A stretch of 64,000 bases of DNA from an uncultured Candidatus Rokubacteria bacterium (GCA_963754315.1 CAVWFS010000018.1:192001-256000), one strand, 5' to 3'; counted from the first letter of the stretch, positions 18,497-28,716 are shown. Numbers and translations: made by a program. The notes: a model not told the origin generated them from the letters alone.

Positions 18497-19072
18497 GTTG
18501 CGCTCGCGTTCACCCTGGCCGCGGTGCCCGGAGTCGTGACCGGGCTGCTCATGGGGATGATCCGGCCGGTCCGGGAGGCGTTCGAGCCTTACATCGCCTT
18601 CCTCTTTCCGGTCCCGAAGATCGCGCTTCTACCCTTCTTGCTGATCCTGCTAGGCGTGGGCGAGCTGGCCTTCGTGCTCACAGGCGCCCTCTCGGCTTTT
18701 TTCCAGATCACCATCAGCACCCTGGCCGGGGTGCAGACGATGGATCCGCGGCTGCTCGAGGTGGGCCGGAACTACGGGGCCCACGGCGCACGCCTCTTTG
18801 GCAAAGTGATCTTTCCCGCCGTGCTGCCCTCGATCCTGACCGGGCTTCGGCTGGGGCTCGGTCTGGCCCTGGTTGCCATCGTCGCCGTCGAGTTCATCGC
18901 CGCCAAGGCTGGGCTTGGTCACCTGGTCTACCGTCACTGGCAGATGCTGAGCACCACCGAGATGTATGCGGCATTCGCGCTCGTGGGCGCCCTCGGTCTG
19001 CTTCTCACGCGCGGTCTCGGTGCGCTCCAGCGGCGTCTGCTCGGCTGGCAAGCGACTATCGATATCCTCTAA
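18497..19072 (+). pseudogene. NitT/TauT ABC permease lacking its N-terminus, joined out of frame to the ATPase
   Basis: FPVPKIALLP, LLEVGRNYGA, VAVEFIAAKAGLG; no own start or SD. Confidence 0.75.
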
Positions 19073-19088
19073 ACGAAGGAGAATTCGC

Positions 19089-20086
19089 ATGAAGGCATTT
19101 CGTCTGGTGATGCTCCTGAGCTTCTGGCCGTGGTTGCGGTGGGCGGGTTGGCGGCGCAGGCGCCTACCGTCAAGATCGGCTATATCCCGTCCGACTCCTT
19201 CGCGGTTCTCTACCTGCTGGCCGACCGCTATCTGACGCCAGCCGGGACGAACGTCCAGATGGTCCGCTTGCCGGGGGGAGCCGAGATCACGACGCAGGTG
19301 GCGACGGGACAGCTCCAGATGGGCGGTTCCGGGATGGGGGCGGCCGGGTTCAACGCGGTGGTGGCCAAGCTGCCCGTCGAGTTCGTGGCGCCGCTGCACA
19401 TGGGCTACGTCGAGGACTACTTCACGGTGCGCAAGGCAGCGTGGGGTTCGGAAGTGAAGCGGATCGCCGATCTCAAAGGCCGGCCGGTGGCCCTGAACAC
19501 CCGTGGCGCGGCGGTAGAGTGGATGCTCGACCAGGTGCTCCGCCGCGATGGCCTGACCATCAAGGACGTGCAGGTCAAGATCATGCCGTTCCCCGACATG
19601 GTGCCTGCCCTCGAGTCTGGCGCGGTGGAGGCGGCCATCCTCACCGAGCCGTTTCCCACGTTGGCGGAGGACAAAGGCGTCGCGGTGCGGCCGCTGCCCC
19701 GTCCCGCCGGAGCCAAGGCCACTCCGATCACGGCCGCCTTCTGGAATGCGGACTGGGCCAAGGCCAACCCCGACCTGGCCCAGCGGGTGATGGTCGGCTA
19801 CGTCCGGGCCGTGCGCGATCTGGCTGCTGACGGCGGCCGCGGCTGGACGGAGGATCGAAACGTCGACATCATCGTGAAGTACACGGGGGCCAAGCGCGAG
19901 GTCATCAAGAAGGCCCGGCCGCACGTGGTCGACCCGAATCTGGAGCTGGATCCGCGCGTGCTCGACAGCATGCAGAAGTTGAATGCGGACCTCGGCTACC
20001 TCAAGTACACGGACTTCCTGTCGGCGGACAGGATCTTCACCTTCACTTACCGCGACCGGGCCCTGCAGGAGCTCGGCCGTCGCTGA
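19089..20086 (+). CDS. NitT/TauT/SsuA-type ABC substrate-binding protein, frameshift in signal peptide (~19125)
   Basis: AAGGAG SD + MKAFRLV; mature part in ORF 19130..20086 (IADLKGRPVA, MPFPDMVPAL, EPF). Confidence 0.85.
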
Positions 20087-20165
20087 GACCCTGATCGGAC
20101 AGGGCTCTGCACGGAACGGTTCTGATCTGGTCGCCGTTCAGGTCTAATTATGATACTGTTTCTGT

Positions 20166-20420
20166 GTGAAAACGGTCTCGATAGACGAGCTCAAAAGAAA
20201 CCTCTCCGCGTTCATCGACGCGGCCGCGGCCGGGTCGCGGATCCTCATCACGAAGCATCGGCGGCCGGTGGCCTCGTTGTCTGCCGCCAACATGGAGCAT
20301 GTGCAGATCGGCGGGCGGTTTGGCCGCGGGGCCCTGAAACCCCTGTTCCGCTCGGCGACGCAGGGTGAGTATCTGGAGGTACTGACCAATGACCGTCGGC
20401 CCCGGGACGGGCAGCGTTGA
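20166..20420 (+). CDS. Type II antitoxin, Phd/YefM family
   Basis: MKTVSIDELKRNLSAFIDAAAAGSRILITKHRRPVASL; directly upstream of a PIN gene. Confidence 0.88.
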   Translation: MKTVSIDELKRNLSAFIDAAAAGSRILITKHRRPVASLSAANMEHVQIGGRFGRGALKPLFRSATQGEYLEVLTNDRRPRDGQR

Positions 20421-20426
20421 GCGACG

Positions 20427-20846
20427 ATGCCGGCCAAGCGATGCTACGTCGATACGTCAGCCTACTTGTGCCTGCTTCTCGGCGAGGCCGGATGGGCGCG
20501 GCTGGCCGAGGAGCTGAACGGCGCTCAGCTGCTCTCGAGCGTGCTGCTGGCTCTCGAGGCGGAACGGACCCTCGTGCACCTGTCCCGTGCGGGTCGGCTG
20601 ACTGCCACCGACCTGCAGAACGCGCTCGACCGACTGGGGGCCGATCTCGATCAGTTCGCTCTACGGGATCTCACACTCGATCTCTGCCAGGGGCGGGTCA
20701 TGCCTATCGTATCGACGCCCCGATCCCTCGACCTCGCCCACCTACGCACGGCGCTCTGGTTCCACCAGCGGCAAGGCTTGACCCGCTTCGTGAGCCTGGA
20801 CGCCCTGCAGAACCAGGCGGCCCGAGAACTGGGCCTTCCGGTCTGA
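20427..20846 (+). CDS. vapC: VapC-like PIN-domain toxin
   Basis: YVDTSA, E in helix 3, RSLDLAHL, FVSLD. Confidence 0.85.
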   Translation: MPAKRCYVDTSAYLCLLLGEAGWARLAEELNGAQLLSSVLLALEAERTLVHLSRAGRLTATDLQNALDRLGADLDQFALRDLTLDLCQGRVMPIVSTPRSLDLAHLRTALWFHQRQGLTRFVSLDALQNQAARELGLPV

Positions 20847-20873
20847 TCAACCTTCACGGAGACTCCGGACTCG

Positions 20874-22223
20874 TCACTCCATGAAGAACCGTGGCGAGCC
20901 GAGAGGAAGGGGTTGCTCGCCGAGGAGGCTTGCCACCATCACCTCGCGCACCGCCTCCGGATCGAGCCTCTCGCGCTCCACCTGATCGCCGAGTTCGGCC
21001 AGAACACGGTCGACGTCCTGCATCACCTTCCACTGCTTGAAGAGATCGGGGCGCGTGATCCCCATGGCTTCGCCCACGATCTCTAGGAAGTTCACAATCC
21101 GGAAGGGCATGGTTGCCTCGTGAGCGCACAGCTCGCGGTGGCAGGCATGGTAGATGCCGACGAGCGAGTCCACCCTGGCCGCTTCGGCGGCGGCCAGCTC
21201 CCGCGCATGAAGGACCCGCTTGTACGCAGCCACCGGGGCCAGAGAGTTGCACATGTAGCCGACACGGGGCTGGGCGAGGTCGACCACCTCGAGTCCCGGG
21301 ATTGCGCCGAGAATCTTCAACACACCCTCGGTCACGCCGGGCACTCCTGGGTGCTCGTGCAAGGCCACCCGCTGCGGCACCGCGTGGATAAAATGTGGTC
21401 GCAAACGCTCAAGCCGATCGGCAATGTACGGCACGACATGCTCGAGGGCGAAGCCCGGATTGGTGGCCGGCATCACGATCTCGCCGAGCTGGATATTGCA
21501 CGTGGGGCACCAGGTCAGGACACGGGGGGCTCCGGTGCCGGCGAACCCCGCCACCGTGCTCCCACCCACCCGGCCGGCGGTAGCCGTGTCGCCGGCGCGG
21601 AACTGGAGAACGCCGCAGCAGTTGGCCGGACCGCCGAACACGGCATAACGTGTGCCCAGCCGGTCGAGCACCTCGAGGCAGAGCAGGGCGATGTGCGGGG
21701 TCTTCAGCACGTTGCAGCCGAGGTACATCACGACCTCGGGGGCGGGGCCCTCTTGCGCGCGAGCCGCTCGTGTCACGCGCCCCACCACTTCTGCGGGTAA
21801 CTGCAGTCGCGAGAGTACCTTCACACCGCGCGACATCGTGTGAAAGGCCTTCTGCCCGGTGGTCCTCCGCTCTTCATCGGACCGTCGCTCGTTGAGCCGC
21901 ACCCGGGCGAGGGCGAGCATGAAGCGAGGATTGATCCCATCGTCGCACGCCTGGCGGCACGCGCCGGAGCCGGTGCACGTCTCGGCCCAACGGGCCCCGG
22001 CGCTTGCTGGATCGCCGGCGCCGCGCAGCAGGTCGAGCACTTGGGTCACCACGGCTTGGGGATCGCGGCGGTCAACCTCGGCCGGACCGGCCGTGGGGCA
22101 GACCTCGACGCACCGTCCGCATCGCGAGCATTGCGCCACGATGTCGCGACCCCGCGTCTGGAGGCTGGCCACGAAGGCAGTCTCGCGCACGGTCGAAGCC
22201 ATCCGTTGCACGCTGTCATCCAT
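20874..22223 (-). CDS. Fe-S oxidoreductase, HdrD/GlpC/GlcF-like with CCG domain
   Basis: CSRCGRCVEVCP, CTGSGACRQAC, YLGC, NCCG, WCPTC, YHACH. Confidence 0.85.
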   Translation of the reverse strand: MDDSVQRMASTVRETAFVASLQTRGRDIVAQCSRCGRCVEVCPTAGPAEVDRRDPQAVVTQVLDLLRGAGDPASAGARWAETCTGSGACRQACDDGINPRFMLALARVRLNERRSDEERRTTGQKAFHTMSRGVKVLSRLQLPAEVVGRVTRAARAQEGPAPEVVMYLGCNVLKTPHIALLCLEVLDRLGTRYAVFGGPANCCGVLQFRAGDTATAGRVGGSTVAGFAGTGAPRVLTWCPTCNIQLGEIVMPATNPGFALEHVVPYIADRLERLRPHFIHAVPQRVALHEHPGVPGVTEGVLKILGAIPGLEVVDLAQPRVGYMCNSLAPVAAYKRVLHARELAAAEAARVDSLVGIYHACHRELCAHEATMPFRIVNFLEIVGEAMGITRPDLFKQWKVMQDVDRVLAELGDQVERERLDPEAVREVMVASLLGEQPLPLGSPRFFME

Positions 22224-22284
22224 AGCGTCTTATACTACGCCTGCCCTTCCTACGACCCTTACCGAAGGCAGCCTGACCATGACG

Positions 22285-23982
22285 TCAGGCTCGCTGGCGG
22301 CTCGTCGTGTCGCGACGGACGGCCGCGGCCGGAGTGGGGAACTCGTCCGGGTCGATGGGGATCTCGACGACGGCCGGCCGGCCAGAGCGTAGTGCCGAAC
22401 GAACGGCGTCCCCGACCTGGTCGGCGTGCTCGGCGTAGTATCCCTCAGCCCCGAAGAGGCGGGCGAAGTGGTCGTAACGCGGGTTGCCGATGTCACAGCC
22501 GATGTAGCGCCCACCATAAAAGTGCCGCTGATACGCCTTCTCCGATCCCCAGCAGTTGTTGTTCATGACCACCGTGACCACGTTAATGCCGTGTCGGACG
22601 GCCGTCTCCAGCTCCTGGGCGTTCATGAGGAAGCCCCCATCGCCGTGAATGGCCAGGACCGGGGCCGCCGGACAGCCGAGCTTGGCCCCCAGCGCGACCG
22701 GAAACGCGAAGCCGAGGCCGCCCAGGTCGAGAGGCGTGAGAAACGTGCGCGGTCGCGTGAAGTGCAACCGGTCGTAGCCATAGGCGGGAGCGGCGCCAGC
22801 GTCGAGGGCGACGATCGTCTCCGGCGGGAGCACACGACGCAGCTCCGCGTAGACACGCTGAGGCTTGAGGGGCTTGGTGTCGAGGCCGACCTCGGATGCC
22901 AGGCGGGCTTGGCGCTTGTCGCGGAGTGCCTCGGCTTCCTTTCGCCACGCCTGGCGATCCGGACCGGCTCCGTCGCCCCTGAGCGCCTGCGTGAGAGCCA
23001 GGCAGGCTTCTCGGGCGTCCGCCTCAATGCCGAGCGCCAGAGGGTAGTACCGACCGAGGTCGCGGCTGTCAATGTCGATCTGAACGAGCAATGTCTCCGG
23101 TCGAATGTACCGATCGTCAAAATGGGTGGTGAAGTGCGCCAGCCGCGAGCCGACCGCTATGAGCACGTCAGCCCGGCGGCAGGCCGCCGCGGCCTCGGGC
23201 GAGCCGGCCCGCCCAAGCGGTCCCACGTACAAGGGGTGCTCGTTGGGCACGGCATCGTTGCGGCCGTATGCCGTGATCATCGGGATCGAGTACTGCTCGC
23301 TCAGGCGGACAATCAGATCGCCGGCGCCGGCCCAGGTGACTCCTCCGCCCACCAGCAGCAGTGGGCGCTCCGCCCCGCGCAGGATACGGGCGGCCTCACG
23401 CACGGCCTCGGGGTGGGGAGGCTGCGGATGGGTCGGGCGATAGCGTCCGGGAGCCAGGATCGACGTCGCCGTCACGCCTTCGCTCAGGACATCTCGCGGG
23501 ATCTCCACGAGCACGGGCCCCCGGCGGCCGCTCATGGCCGCGCGCAGCGCCGCCCGTAGCTGCTCGGCAATACGCTCGGGCTTGGTGATCTGCACGGCGA
23601 GCTTGGTGACGGGACGGAACATGCTGATCAGATCGAAGTCCTGGAAGGCATCCTTCTGCGTGTGCTCGAGAGAGACGCCTCCCACGATGATCACCACCGG
23701 CGAATGGGCGACGTAGGCGGAGGCTACCCCCGTGAGAAGATTCGTGGCGCCCGGGCCGCTCGTGACCAGGCAGGCGCCCGGTGATCCGGTCACCCGCGCG
23801 AGCCCGTCGGCCATGAAGGCGGCCGCCTGTTCATGGCGAACGTTGATGTACTCCACGCTTCGATCGTCATAAAGCGTGTCGAGCACATCCAGGAAGGTGG
23901 AGCCCACGATGCCGAAGATGTAGCGCACTCCCTCGGCCTTCAAGAGCTCGACCACGGCTCGTCCGCCTGTCCACTCGGTCAT
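22285..23982 (-). CDS. Thiamine-diphosphate enzyme (acetolactate synthase superfamily, Xsc-like)
   Basis: VRHEQAAAFMADG, GPGATN, GDGGFLM...NNNCWGSEK; GGAGG SD before ATG 23982. Confidence 0.88.
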   Translation of the reverse strand: MTEWTGGRAVVELLKAEGVRYIFGIVGSTFLDVLDTLYDDRSVEYINVRHEQAAAFMADGLARVTGSPGACLVTSGPGATNLLTGVASAYVAHSPVVIIVGGVSLEHTQKDAFQDFDLISMFRPVTKLAVQITKPERIAEQLRAALRAAMSGRRGPVLVEIPRDVLSEGVTATSILAPGRYRPTHPQPPHPEAVREAARILRGAERPLLLVGGGVTWAGAGDLIVRLSEQYSIPMITAYGRNDAVPNEHPLYVGPLGRAGSPEAAAACRRADVLIAVGSRLAHFTTHFDDRYIRPETLLVQIDIDSRDLGRYYPLALGIEADAREACLALTQALRGDGAGPDRQAWRKEAEALRDKRQARLASEVGLDTKPLKPQRVYAELRRVLPPETIVALDAGAAPAYGYDRLHFTRPRTFLTPLDLGGLGFAFPVALGAKLGCPAAPVLAIHGDGGFLMNAQELETAVRHGINVVTVVMNNNCWGSEKAYQRHFYGGRYIGCDIGNPRYDHFARLFGAEGYYAEHADQVGDAVRSALRSGRPAVVEIPIDPDEFPTPAAAVRRDTTSRQRA

Positions 23983-24219
23983 ATATGATCCTCCCTGGGC
24001 GCCCGGGGCGATCATAGCGGACCCTGGTGGACGGCGAATGGGCAAATGACGGGGGTCAAGCAGGCGGTGCTCGGCCCCGCCGTAACTGACTTCTGCCCGT
24101 CAACTGTGCCCGGAGGCGGCTCAGGCATAATACGATCATCCAGCCGCCTTGGCAGTTGGCGTTCAGGGCTGGCGGTGGCCGTCTACGGGCAGGTGACGAT
24201 CCAAACGGGAGGGGAAAGC

Positions 24220-24558
24220 GTGAGCGCGCAGGCGTGTGTTCTCGAGTTCGGAATGGGGGTGGATGTACACGGCGGCGATTCGACGAAGGCCGCCCGCCGG
24301 GCCGTGTCGGACGCCATTCGGCACTCGAGCCTGCCGCTGTTCCAGCAGGTGCGAGCGCGTGGTGGCAAGATGCTCGTGGACGTGACGGTCGGCGTCCCCG
24401 ACCCGGCGTCGGTCGACGTGGAGGCAGTCCGGCGCGAGCTGCCTCACGGCGAGGTGAGCGTCCGCGCGGTACCCGGCGGTTTGCGAGTGCCGGGCGCCGA
24501 CGTGCTCATCGCCTGCGTCGGCATCACGGTCAGCGTCGAATATCCGGCCTCGTCATGA
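24220..24558 (+). CDS. Lin0512 family protein
   Basis: LEFGMGVDVHGGDSTKAARRAVSDAIRHSSL, VGVP, GGL. Confidence 0.85.
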   Translation: MSAQACVLEFGMGVDVHGGDSTKAARRAVSDAIRHSSLPLFQQVRARGGKMLVDVTVGVPDPASVDVEAVRRELPHGEVSVRAVPGGLRVPGADVLIACVGITVSVEYPASS

Positions 24559-24583
24559 GCGCAGCCAACAGAGGAGTGTAAGC

Positions 24584-25054
24584 ATGACCACCGCCACCAC
24601 CGGTATTGGTCTCAAGCGGTTACAGCATCTCGTGCTGTGGGTCTCCGACGTCGCGCAGAGTGTACGCTTCTATCGCGACGTGCTGGGCTTCGAGGTGAAA
24701 TCCGAGTCGCCTCGCGCGGCCTTCCTGAGGATCGCCGGCAGCTCCGAGGATCATCACCTCGGGCTGTTCGAGCAGTCGGGGGTCGCGCGTCCGGATGAAC
24801 GGGTGGCCCGCATGTACCACTCGGCCTGGGAGGTCGGCGAGCTCACCGATCTGGTGCGAGCGCGCGAGCGCCTGCGGGAGGCGGGCGCGCTCGTCGGCCA
24901 GTCGAGTCACGGCGTGAGTCTGTCGCTCTACGCCAAGGATCCCGATGGACTCGAGTTCGAGGTCTTCTGGACGGTGCCCGACGGGCGGTCCGGCCCGACG
25001 CGGGAGCTGAACCTCGAGGCGGAGTTGGCCCGCCGCGGGATCACGATGGTGTGA
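24584..25054 (+). CDS. VOC/glyoxalase family protein
   Basis: LQHLVLWVSD, HHLGL, YHSAW, SLYAKDPDGLEFEV. Confidence 0.9.
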   Translation: MTTATTGIGLKRLQHLVLWVSDVAQSVRFYRDVLGFEVKSESPRAAFLRIAGSSEDHHLGLFEQSGVARPDERVARMYHSAWEVGELTDLVRARERLREAGALVGQSSHGVSLSLYAKDPDGLEFEVFWTVPDGRSGPTRELNLEAELARRGITMV

Positions 25055-26267
25055 GGGCCGGGTCCGGAAACGCCAAGCTCACGGGGGCATTCGCCTCGAA
25101 GGGACTCCAGAGGCCGAGCTCCTTGGCGATTTCGCGCAGGGCAGGCAGAACTTCCTCGCCAAGTAGGCGAATACACGATCGGGTGTCCTCGTTCGGGACG
25201 AAGCCATCGCTTGCCCAGAGCCCAAGAATGGACGGCCGTGTCTCCTCCAGGAGCCGACGGAGCTTGGGGATGACCGTCTTCGGCGTGCCGGCCACGATTT
25301 GCTGGTTCTCGATCTGGTCCTCGAAGGCAGCTCCGCGGGGGTTCGGTCGGCGTCCCACGGCGTACTCGACGAACGCGGTTCGGTACGACGGCGAGAAATA
25401 GCCGGACGGGCTCGACCAGACGGGATGGGCGAGGCCGGTGAACTCGCCTTGCATCCACATGAACTGCCGGGCATTGGCCATGGCCTTTTCCTCGGTCTCT
25501 GCGACGTGGCACCGCTGCAGATACCCGCGATACTCGGGTCCTCCCGCATAGCCCGTTTCTGTCGCGACCCGATCGTAGAGCTCCCAGATCTTCTTGGTCG
25601 CGTCGATCGCCGTGCTGAGGGCGATGTAGGGATAACGCTTCTGCGCTGCCCACACGATCGTCTCCTTGCTGAGCACGCCGGGGATCCACACGCGCGGGTG
25701 GGGCTTCTGCAAGGGAAGCGCCCACGGATTGACCACGCGATGCTGGTAGTGCGTCCCCTCCCAGCGGAAAGGTCCCGGCTGGGTCCACGTCTTCACGATG
25801 AGCTCATGCGCTTCCTCGAAGCGCTCGCGGTTGTAGGCGGGATTGACGCCGGTTGCGAGCTGCTCCTGCCCGCCGCCACGCACGAAGCCCGACACCAGCC
25901 GCCCGCGGGACACCATGTCGATCATGGCCAGCTCCTCGGCCAGCCGCACCGGGTTGTCGGCGAGCGGAAGGGGATTGCCGAGGAGAACGATCTTCACGCG
26001 CTTGGTGGTGGCGGCCAGGATGGAGGCGAACACATTGCACTTCGCCTGCATGCAGAACGGCGCGTTATGGTGCTCGTTCAGCATGATCCCGTCGAAGCCG
26101 ACCTCCTCGGCGAGCCGATAGTCCTCCAGATACTCGTTGTACAGACGGCTGCCCGCCACCGGATCGAAGAAGCGGTTCGAGAACATGAGGGCGGTGGCGC
26201 CGAACTTGCGCCCCTCGTCCGCGGGATAGGCCGACATCGGCTGCTCGGTGAAATACATGAGGTGCAT
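25041..26267 (-). CDS. LLM-class flavin-dependent oxidoreductase
   Basis: GFDGIMLNEHH, PVRLAEELAMID, PLQKPHPRVW. Confidence 0.9.
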   Translation of the reverse strand: MHLMYFTEQPMSAYPADEGRKFGATALMFSNRFFDPVAGSRLYNEYLEDYRLAEEVGFDGIMLNEHHNAPFCMQAKCNVFASILAATTKRVKIVLLGNPLPLADNPVRLAEELAMIDMVSRGRLVSGFVRGGGQEQLATGVNPAYNRERFEEAHELIVKTWTQPGPFRWEGTHYQHRVVNPWALPLQKPHPRVWIPGVLSKETIVWAAQKRYPYIALSTAIDATKKIWELYDRVATETGYAGGPEYRGYLQRCHVAETEEKAMANARQFMWMQGEFTGLAHPVWSSPSGYFSPSYRTAFVEYAVGRRPNPRGAAFEDQIENQQIVAGTPKTVIPKLRRLLEETRPSILGLWASDGFVPNEDTRSCIRLLGEEVLPALREIAKELGLWSPFEANAPVSLAFPDPALTPS

Positions 26268-26278
26268 TGGCGATCCCT

Positions 26279-27133
26279 CTATTTCTTGCTGGTTTTCGTC
26301 CGCCTCTTGGGCCCGGTGATGAAGTCAGTGACCAGCTGGGCGAGCTCGTGCGGTTTCTCCATCTCGACGAAGTGGCCGGCACCCTCGATGATCTCGAGCC
26401 GGCCGTGGCGGAGGGCCTTCACGTAGCGCTCCCCGCACTCGAGGGGAACGATGCGATCGTCGCGTCCCCACACGACGAGAGTGGGCGTCCCGATTCCGCT
26501 CACGAGATGGCCGAGGGTAGGGCTGTACATGTACGGCTTCCAGGCGATGCGAAACGTCATCTCCCGGTTCAGATCCCACTGCTCGAGAATGCTCGTGGAC
26601 GGTTCGGCCCCGTAGTAGCGCTCGAAGGCGCTCGCGTCCGCGAAACCCAGACGCGCATAGTCTATGTAGGAGATCAAGGCCTGATCGGCAATCTCACCGC
26701 GCTCGGGTCGAAGACCCATGGCTCCCACCAAAACCAGCCGGCGGAGCGCCTGCGGGGCCATGGTGGCCATCTCGGCAGCGATCCACCCACCGAAGCCGAG
26801 CCCGACCAGCGAAACCGTCCCTGCCTTTCGGGTAGCCTCATGTTCGGCAAGCAGCCACTGGTACAGCACCGCAACGTCGCGCACGCTGCGTATCCACTCG
26901 GGCCGGAGTGACTTGTCGTATCCCGGGTGGGACGGCACCAGAACCGTGAAGTGACGGGCCAGATCGTCGTAGAAAGCCAGGCGTTCGAGGCTCCCGATAT
27001 CGTGATGGAGCACGACCACCGGGGCGCCGGCGCCTGCTCGCGCAATGTGCAATCCCACCCCGGCGATGGGAACAGTCTCCGAGACCCAGTTCACGGCATC
27101 GGCGCTCACCGTCGTGATCGTCCTCTCCGTCAT
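26279..27133 (-). CDS. Alpha/beta-hydrolase-fold protein lacking the nucleophile Ser (GLGFGG)
   Basis: HPGY, VGLGFGGWIA, PTLVVWGRDD, AGHFVE. Confidence 0.85.
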   Translation of the reverse strand: MTERTITTVSADAVNWVSETVPIAGVGLHIARAGAGAPVVVLHHDIGSLERLAFYDDLARHFTVLVPSHPGYDKSLRPEWIRSVRDVAVLYQWLLAEHEATRKAGTVSLVGLGFGGWIAAEMATMAPQALRRLVLVGAMGLRPERGEIADQALISYIDYARLGFADASAFERYYGAEPSTSILEQWDLNREMTFRIAWKPYMYSPTLGHLVSGIGTPTLVVWGRDDRIVPLECGERYVKALRHGRLEIIEGAGHFVEMEKPHELAQLVTDFITGPKRRTKTSKK

Positions 27134-27266
27134 CGCGCCTAGCGACGGCAATGACCCGAAAGCAGCCTACATGTTCTTCGCACGTCCTGGCAAGGCGAGA
27201 CGCAGCGACAGGCGGACCAGCGACAGGCGGCGATGGGTAGGTGTGCGCGTTGGCGAACGAGCAGAT

Positions 27267-28082
27267 CTAGAAGCCGAGGAACTCCTTCAACGCGGTGAGG
27301 ACAGCGTCCGGATTGTCCTCGTGCAACGTATGGACGGCCCGTGGGATCTCCACGAATCGCCCGTGGGGAAGCTCCTTGGCCATGCGTTCGGCCACGTCGC
27401 GGTCCAGGATGCGGCTCTCGGCCCCCCGCAGCACGAGTGTGGGCGGCGTCACCGATCGTAGGATGGCCCACCAGTCCAGATCGGGTTGAGAGCGGCGTTC
27501 CTTGACGCTCGGATGCCAGGCCCAGACGAGGGACCCATCGGGGCGTGTGCGAAGGCTATGAGAGGCCACCCAGCGGTAGTAGTGGATGCCGGGATACGGG
27601 TTTCCCTGGTACAGATGCTGAGCGGCCTGCTCGATGCTGTTCCAGGTGTCGGGCTCGGGAGGTCCGGACGACGGTTCCATGGCGCGCCGGCTGATCTCCG
27701 GCCCGATGTCGACGATGATCAGTTTCTGCACGAGATCCGGCCGCTTGGAAGTGAAGTAGATGCCGTTACGACCACCCATGGAGAGTCCCATCAGGACGAA
27801 TGACTTCAACGCCAGCTGCTCGACCACACCGGAGATGTCATCGAAGGCAACGATGGAATTGTACGTATCGGCGGGATCGCTCTCGCCGTGACCACGCTGG
27901 TCGAGGGCATAGACATGAAAGTGTGGTTGGAGCGCGATGCTGAGCGTGTCCCAGGCGTGGGCGTGGCCCGTGAAGCCGTGCAAGAGCAGGAGCGGCGTGC
28001 GGCCGTCGCCGCCCCAGTCGAGCAAGTGAAACCGCAAACCGTTGACCGTGAGGTAACGATCCCGGGGCCGCAGCAGGTTCAT
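27267..28082 (-). CDS. Alpha/beta hydrolase
   Basis: LLHGF, DQRGHGES, GLSMGG nucleophile elbow, AVHTLHED. Confidence 0.9.
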   Translation of the reverse strand: MNLLRPRDRYLTVNGLRFHLLDWGGDGRTPLLLLHGFTGHAHAWDTLSIALQPHFHVYALDQRGHGESDPADTYNSIVAFDDISGVVEQLALKSFVLMGLSMGGRNGIYFTSKRPDLVQKLIIVDIGPEISRRAMEPSSGPPEPDTWNSIEQAAQHLYQGNPYPGIHYYRWVASHSLRTRPDGSLVWAWHPSVKERRSQPDLDWWAILRSVTPPTLVLRGAESRILDRDVAERMAKELPHGRFVEIPRAVHTLHEDNPDAVLTALKEFLGF

Positions 28083-28098
28083 GGGCCGAACGCTCCGT

Positions 28099-28716
28099 CT
28101 ATTGAACCGGCGAGAACGATGCGGGCATGAGGATCTTGTTGGCCTGTGTAAACAGCGTGTCGCCACCGCCGGGGGGCGGCCACACGCCAGTCTCACGCGC
28201 CTTCTTGCGAACGTCCATTCGCTGATCGAGGCTCTGGTAGGCCCAGATGTGAATGAAGCGGTTCGCCTCGCCGAACTCCACGTGCCCGGCCAGGGCCAGC
28301 GGTGACATCTTGACGCGCGGGCCAATGGCCCCCTTCCAGCGCTCGATGAGCCCCGGGAGCGTTCCCGGCTTGATGGCGTAGCAGCGCATCTCGAAGTAGG
28401 GGCCCATCTTACCAGGCGTCAGCTCGGGCAAGAACGGGAACGGCACCAGGACCTCCGACTCCATGTGAAGGATGAACTCCTGGATCTTCGGTGGCCAGTT
28501 GGGGTCCTTGGCGGCCTCAGCGCGCACGCGCACCCGCTCGGCCAGGTCCGGGTACGGCCACACGTGGATGATCTCGTTGAGCGGGCCGACCTCCGTGTGC
28601 CAGAAGGCGGCCAGGGGCGAGTACTTCTTGCGGTATTCGTAGGCTTCTCCGAACCGCTTCTCGACTTCTGCCTGGCTGCCGGGCTTGATCTGATACGTGC
28701 GGATCTCGTAGATCAT
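28099..28716 (-). CDS. NIPSNAP family protein (two domains)
   Basis: YEIRTYQIKPG..IHVWPY and FEMRCYAIKPG..IHIWAY. Confidence 0.9.
   Translation of the reverse strand: MIYEIRTYQIKPGSQAEVEKRFGEAYEYRKKYSPLAAFWHTEVGPLNEIIHVWPYPDLAERVRVRAEAAKDPNWPPKIQEFILHMESEVLVPFPFLPELTPGKMGPYFEMRCYAIKPGTLPGLIERWKGAIGPRVKMSPLALAGHVEFGEANRFIHIWAYQSLDQRMDVRKKARETGVWPPPGGGDTLFTQANKILMPASFSPVQ

Noticed and set aside
27203..27230. 13-bp direct repeat CAGCGACAGGCGG twice between the two hydrolase genes
   Set aside because: Short, GC-rich, two copies; cannot be separated from chance or slippage
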